Shown here: positions 60,901-64,000 of the stretch, one piece after another | How positions within the stretch are numbered: position 1 is the first letter of the stretch | How the letters are laid out: every line of letters begins with the position of its first letter | Assembly: GCA_964016885.1 (NCBI GenBank) | Contig: OZ024740.1 | Span: 145,762,001-145,826,000 of the forward strand | Length of the DNA stretch: 64,000 bases | Reading direction: 5' to 3' | DNA from: Eledone cirrhosa | Taxonomy: Eukaryota | Made by a program: the position numbers and the translations under genes | The notes under the pieces: model-generated | The model's input: the letters and a program-made list of their open reading frames with translations, nothing else | Databases searched by the model: none | What the model was told of the DNA's origin: nothing

Positions 60901-62514
60901 CGTCCGTGTTCCACGCTTGCATGGGTTTGGACGGGGGTTTTCCCACTTGAGGCAAGAGTGGTTGTCTTGCTCGCATAGGACTGTCTGGCGGGTTTTCTAC
61001 AGTTGGATGCCCTTCCTAACACCAACCACATTTACAGTGTGGGGCTGGGAGGTTTTTACCGTGTTGCCTTATATCAGCTTACTAATGAAAGTGTTGGTTA
61101 TTTTATTAAATTTCTCCAAATATTTAGTTATTTTCAAAGTTGATTGAAACATAGGCAGTGTATTTCATTAGAAATATGATGCCAAAAGGGTTAAAGTATT
61201 TCTTTACTTATAATTTTCAGATTTTGAGAGAGTAATAAGTCATTATATTCAACATGAGTACTACAAAATTGCCCTTGAGGTTCTCAATGAACAAGTAAGT
61301 ATAGAACCCAACAAATTATTAATGGATGAAGTTTGAAAATATAAATTTTATAACTGACAGTCTTTTTAAAAGTATAGTTCAGCATGATATAAAATGTAAA
61401 AATATATATATAAATAATTGACAGATGGTGATTTGTTTTTAGATCTCAGCTCAAACCATTCTTCTATCTGCCTAAGTTTTATCCATGATGAGGCAGTCTG
61501 TATTCTACTTTCTGCCATTTACTGTTATGGTGGTCTAGATGGACATCCCATTAAAAAACATTTTCCAAAATTTATGTCTGTATAATATATTCCATGCTCA
61601 AATAAACCCTGTCATTTTTTACTTGTACTATGCTAGTTGGACCTTCATTGTCTCCAATGACAAGTGCTCCAATTGATTCAATCAATGGGACTACCTGGTT
61701 GTGAAATTAACATGTAAGTGGCCAAATATTCCACAAACATATGTACTTTAAAGTAGTTCTTAGGGAGATTCAGCGTGGTGCAATGTGTGACAGGCACAAC
61801 TCATCTTTTGCCAGCTGAGTTGACTGAAGTAACATAAAATAAAGTGTCTTTCTCAAGAATACAACACGCCGCTCAATCCAGGAGTCAAACTCAACTTATT
61901 GATTGTAAGTTGAACACCTTAACCACTTAACCATGCACTTTCACCATTAGTTAGTATTACAGTATAAGTGATATTAATTTTACTTATTTATTCATAACTT
62001 GATTATGAATTTACTTTCTCTCACTATTTACTTCATGATATTGCTTTGAATCCAATGAACATGTTTGTGTTATGATTTATAGGTTTTGCATGTATAATGA
62101 GAAGCAATATCTTTATCTGTTTGTAAACAGTGTTTTTGTTTGGGTTTTCAACAACTCATAAATTAATTTGTAGTTTTATTTCCATGAGATGTGAATAATT
62201 TACTAGTACAATTAAAAATCCATCTGATTAATTTCTGTGGTCATTTTTTGCCTTTGCCAACATTAGAAAAAGTATTTGAAATGACTACACATGCATTATC
62301 ATCACATATATTGCTAACTTCTTAAGAATTGTCTATTTTCTTCTTTTAAACATTTCAGAATCAAATGGAGCTCTTCTATAAATTTTCCCCAGTTCTTATG
62401 CAGCATATCCCCTCTGAAACAGTTAATTCTTGGAAGAAACAGCGCAATAAGCTTGACCCTAAAAGGCTAATTCCATCACTGGTGCAATATGACAGTAAAA
62501 AACACTATCATCAA
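30902..62514 (+). CDS. VPS18: Vacuolar protein sorting-associated protein 18 (Pep3/deep orange), 20 coding exons, 3' incomplete
   Basis: Spliced translation (1932 nt, 644 aa) is collinear with VPS18 as I recall it: MSSILDQYE, HKIFLDPTGRHLLIS, AVGWN, TGPILLGT, SIVLTEFH, RDVWRIYL, SFEEIALRF, WLTEIYL, LIASHGD, LFYKFSP, LDPKRLIPSLV. All intron phases are consistent. Confidence 0.97.
31290..31790 (-). mobile_element. R4/Dong-like non-LTR retrotransposon fragment
   Basis: KLLTCNKMHHSKADVDRLYI and SKWEQKSLHNKY...DVDQKHT resemble the post-RT region of R4-clade elements. Confidence 0.55.
31820..31893 (+). CDS. VPS18: VPS18 coding exon 2
   Basis: ttttaag|LVSHYTGRTSSETEPIFRRVKNEY|gtaagt; phase 2. Confidence 0.88.
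32736..32845 (+). CDS. VPS18: VPS18 coding exon 3
   Basis: tacag|PHDRILTMTVCSRFLVIATCSNVIIRVDMMHPHQQD|gttagt; phase 1. Confidence 0.9.
33700..34400 (+). mobile_element. Internally deleted RTE 5' region (endonuclease N-terminus)
   Basis: ATINVRTMKG, CCIQETRWRG and RWWNKSVDEAVKVKKRAWKDW; the last is homologous to the 928-aa ORF. Confidence 0.75.
34557..34708 (+). CDS. VPS18: VPS18 coding exon 4
   Basis: atacag|IELPKMIEDRIHKIFLDPTGRHLLISMEQSTEVYYLCRNSKKTKTISKLK|gtatga; phase 0. Confidence 0.95.
35211..35295 (+). CDS. VPS18: VPS18 coding exon 5
   Basis: ctaaag|GNLITAVGWNNQNTNDTVTGPILLGTTK|gtaagt; phase 1. Confidence 0.95.
35639..35718 (+). CDS. VPS18: VPS18 coding exon 6
   Basis: acaag|LVYETELTRGDDSRIFGRTVDRYVFK|gtctgt; phase 0. 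Confidence 0.9.
36527..36633 (+). CDS. VPS18: VPS18 coding exon 7
   Basis: tttcag|LFTAGKEKSHPITGIEFDRMPPPTKYKYYVLVTTP|gtaact; phase 2. Confidence 0.92.
37893..38113 (+). mobile_element. Full-length tRNA-derived SINE with Meta-like central domain and 12-bp TSD
   Basis: A-box-like TGGCAGTATCGG, B-box GAGTTCAAATCC, core TTTCATCCTT...GATAAAATAAAATACCAG; TSD TTAAATACTCCT at 37881 and 38114. Related copies near 18428, 20160, 27805, 31950, 34865, 40650, 48810, 51345 and 52440. Confidence 0.88.
38373..38461 (+). CDS. VPS18: VPS18 coding exon 8
   Basis: ttttag|RLYQFIGIVSTTAETPVFQQLFQTDLDTP|gtaaac; phase 1. Confidence 0.93.
38680..39900 (-). mobile_element. CR1-clade LINE 3' fragment
   Basis: DVVYLDFAKAFNSVPH, GLPQGSVLGPLLF, YADD, VRPHLEFAS, RKHFFTLRVAEAWKKLP; (ATT)n tail; another 3' UTR piece at ~45583-45700. 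Confidence 0.9.
41150..41245 (+). CDS. VPS18: VPS18 coding exon 9
   Basis: EFLELPYDFGTSELRIFNNNSKSRGKSFALMA|gtaagt; acceptor caatggaag| is atypical, so the 5' boundary is less certain; phase 1. Confidence 0.85.
42010..42091 (+). CDS. VPS18: VPS18 coding exon 10
   Basis: ttctag|GPGVYYGDINVQGAAGPNSVTVNSKLM-CC|ATATCCTTT; phase 2. Confidence 0.9.
42092..42780 (+). other. U12-type (minor spliceosome) intron, probably AT-AA termini, 689 bp
   Basis: 5' ATATCCTTT; branch site TTTTCCTGAAC at 42762-42772; ends CATTTCAA; the join restores ...KLMPYPVDS... Confidence 0.85.
42781..42864 (+). CDS. VPS18: VPS18 coding exon 11
   Basis: YPVDSNNKVNPLSIVLTEFHVLILFPD|gtaagt; phase 2. Confidence 0.9.
43895..43952 (+). 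CDS. VPS18: VPS18 coding exon 12
   Basis: tttcag|RMKAVCLLNEQLIYDDIFPE|gtcagt; phase 0. Confidence 0.93.
44400..45322 (-). mobile_element. Tc1/mariner DD37D (maT-like) transposon, 5'-truncated
   Basis: ORF 44481..45335: FSDEKNF, WQQDSAPCH, WPPSSPDCNPLD with 37 residues between the 2nd and 3rd D; probable TIR TA|CAGAGTGCGGAC at 44400; apparent C-terminal frameshift. Confidence 0.9.
46990..47450 (-). mobile_element. Deleted old RTE fragment (UTR-type repeats extend to ~46000)
   Basis: RNEASMLRWMCN...GRPRKTWDKVV in ORF 46979..47239. Confidence 0.75.
47858..47961 (+). CDS. VPS18: VPS18 coding exon 13
   Basis: tttcag|RVGKFIGLCKDPVSGNIWAYTSQHIYSYKVNQEY|gtttgt; phase 2. Confidence 0.93.
49029..49374 (-). 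mobile_element. Non-autonomous Helitron
   Basis: On the minus strand: A|TC 5' end, (TGTC)n, subterminal hairpin CCCGAGCAACGCCGGG, CTAG|T 3' end; internal blocks recur at 44170-44330. Confidence 0.75.
49464..49900 (+). mobile_element. tRNA-headed SINE with CORE-like block and RTE-type tail
   Basis: A-box TGGCTTAGTGG, B-box-like GAATTCAA, CCTTGAGCAAGACACTT, then the tail shared with RTE 3' UTRs; second copy at 58163-58500; related head on the minus strand near 61800-61940. Confidence 0.85.
50792..50852 (+). CDS. VPS18: VPS18 coding exon 14
   Basis: ttccag|DVWRIYLEQGKFDQAKEYCR|gtaata; phase 0. Confidence 0.95.
51626..51690 (+). CDS. VPS18: VPS18 coding exon 15
   Basis: tttag|DNKMQLDEVMTKEAGHLFSLK|gtaaat; phase 2. 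Confidence 0.92.
53520..54230 (+). mobile_element. RTE fragment (third family)
   Basis: VGLRQRCILSALLF, LEFADD, FKYL, TLTYGHESW. Confidence 0.8.
54507..54642 (+). CDS. VPS18: VPS18 coding exon 16
   Basis: gtctag|YKESAVMYANTQSSFEEIALRFINLDDKEPLKAFLTQKLNSLRVQ|gtaagt; phase 0. Confidence 0.96.
55143..55295 (+). CDS. VPS18: VPS18 coding exon 17
   Basis: ttgtag|DRTQMTMLVTWLTEIYLNQLGELKEQ...FLNQSIIK|gtaaat; phase 0. Confidence 0.95.
55566..57830 (-). mobile_element. RTE-clade LINE, second family (no PHD, GC-richer), 5'-truncated
   Basis: Three frameshift-separated ORFs (57024..57845, 56457..57017, 55579..56604) with SDH, NWRGVTLL, GVRQGC, DFADD, FTYLGS; short (CTGAGT)-type tail at the stop codon. 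Confidence 0.93.
58163..58500 (+). mobile_element. tRNA-headed SINE, sister of 49464-49900
   Basis: TGGCTTAGTGG ... GAGTTCAATTC ... shared tail. Confidence 0.85.
59181..59274 (+). CDS. VPS18: VPS18 coding exon 18
   Basis: tttcag|ECVCNNRQVIYDLIASHGDVEDLMYFARLMK|gtaatt; phase 1. Confidence 0.95.
59432..60650 (-). mobile_element. Two adjacent old RTE 3' fragments
   Basis: 59432-60110 is homologous to 3885-4530; 60130-60650 encodes HDACIESALFYGSKTW...RLHWY. Confidence 0.75.
60771..61194. mobile_element. TTAA MITE (second family) with nested young RTE 3' end (60863-61070)
   Basis: TTAACCCTTTTG...CAAAAGGGTTAA; uninterrupted relative at 26049-26270; the nested piece is near-identical to 10812-11010. 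Confidence 0.75.
61221..61294 (+). CDS. VPS18: VPS18 coding exon 19
   Basis: tttcag|DFERVISHYIQHEYYKIALEVLNEQ|gtaagt; phase 0. Confidence 0.95.
62359..62514 (+). CDS. VPS18: VPS18 coding exon 20 (gene continues beyond window)
   Basis: tttcag|NQMELFYKFSPVLMQHIPSETVNSWKKQRNKLDPKRLIPSLVQYDSKKHYHQ|gtatgt; phase 0. Confidence 0.96.
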
Positions 62515-64000
62515 GTATGTTAACTCTGAAAAAACAATATTCTTTTAATATTTTCATTTTTTTTTTTTTGTAATATGCCCTCAATTAGTTTTTGTATATC
62601 ATAAATGTTTTCAGTCATCTCGTTTTTCTTATTTGGTTAAATAAACCATGGTCAGAAAAAAAAGACCCAGTTGAATGCATTAAGCCAACCTACAAACCCA
62701 TCATGTTAGGTATGATGCTGTTAACAGCAGTAAAAGTGGTGGCATTAGTGGTTTTTTCTTTTTCTTTGCCCACAGAGGGTTGCGGGGCCAGAGTTTTCAA
62801 GCACACCTTCCAGCGGGTTCTATCAGAAGCAACCCTCTCCAAATGATCCAGCTGAATTCCCAAATGAGACCAACCAAGCTCATGGATGTTATCCAACCCT
62901 CTTGCTTGTGGGCTACCTCTGGGTCTCCTGCTGGCTGGCTTTGCCTGTAAAATCTCTCCAACAATTCTTTCCTTCGATATTCTAACTACATGTCTGTAGT
63001 ACTGGAGCTGTGATTTCTCAATTCAGAGAAGCAGCAGCTGTACCTGAAGTGACTCCCTGGCCTCCAAGCTACACACCCTACTGAGTAATGTTACTACAAA
63101 GACCTTTCAAAGGAACCTCATTTCAGTTGCTTGTATTCGTGATTGTATACTTTGTCATTATCCAAGATTCACAAAACCGAGTTGAAGATAGCATTAGTGG
63201 TTTCATCATCATCATTGTTTTTACATATGCTTTTCTATGCTTGCATGGGTTGTTTTGTCTATTTGCTCTAACAATGATGTAACTTTGATGTATGAAACCT
63301 GATACTACAGCATTACCCTTTTGATATACCTACCCAGAGCCTATCGTACATTTCAAGGAATTCACTTCAATACCTTTCCTGCACACTGCACATAGCCACC
63401 TCTTTGTTAATTAATGCTTTACTACTTGCTATCATCTTCGTCTTTCCAATATTCACCTTCATACCTTTTGTCTCCATACATTTCTTTTACCCATTCATCT
63501 CCCTCAGTCCATCCATACTGTCTGCTATTAATACTAGGTAATGGCAATTGTCTCCTAGAGCTTCCAAAAGCTCCAATTTTCAAGTATTAAGTAGACAAGA
63601 GCAAAATATTTTCCTGTCCATCACAGTTGAAATTCTCATACAATCTGGTACAAATTCTTGCCCTGAAATAAAACATTCTTGCAAACATTTTGAATTCAAG
63701 ACTCCAAGCTTAATTGTTTAGTATATTATCAACTCATCTAGTTCACCTCTACATTTCCTATAGCAGTGTCTCAAACAATACAGATATGAATATATTACTA
63801 AAGATATGAATATATTCCTTTATACAATATAACATTTTGTTTTGTCATAGTTATTGGCAATATTCAATTGCAAAAAAAAAAAACACTTTATACAATGCAA
63901 TATATTCACTATCAAAATATGTGGGAGGATTCTGTATTTTAAGTGTTCAACTCATGCCAGCATGGAAAAGTACACAACTGGTGATAATGCTTCTTTAGTT

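Overview
Eukaryotic, AT-rich, repeat-dense animal DNA. The repeat repertoire (RTE LINEs with (GAT)n tails, tRNA-headed SINEs) suggests an octopod cephalopod, but that is inference. One host gene is reconstructable: VPS18 (Pep3/deep orange, HOPS/CORVET core subunit) on the + strand. It has 20 phase-consistent coding exons from the ATG at 30902 to 62514 (644 codons) and continues past the window. A probable promoter/first exon lies near 18.8-19.4 kb. The most notable feature is the VPS18 intron 42092-42780, which has a perfect U12 (minor spliceosome) donor ATATCCTTT and branch site TTTTCCTGAAC, but whose best-fitting 3' end is AA rather than AC (an AT-AA intron). The rest is transposon debris: a young RTE family with a PHD finger inserted inside its RT domain (one 928-aa open copy), other RTE, CR1, CRE-like and R4-like fragments, two Tc1/mariner elements, Helitron pieces, TTAA MITEs, SINEs sharing the RTE tail, a non-coding repeat with hammerhead-ribozyme-like cores, and several perfect local hairpins. 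Most ORFs in the supplied track are antisense shadows or noise. I found no prokaryotic-type system (CRISPR, retron, DGR).
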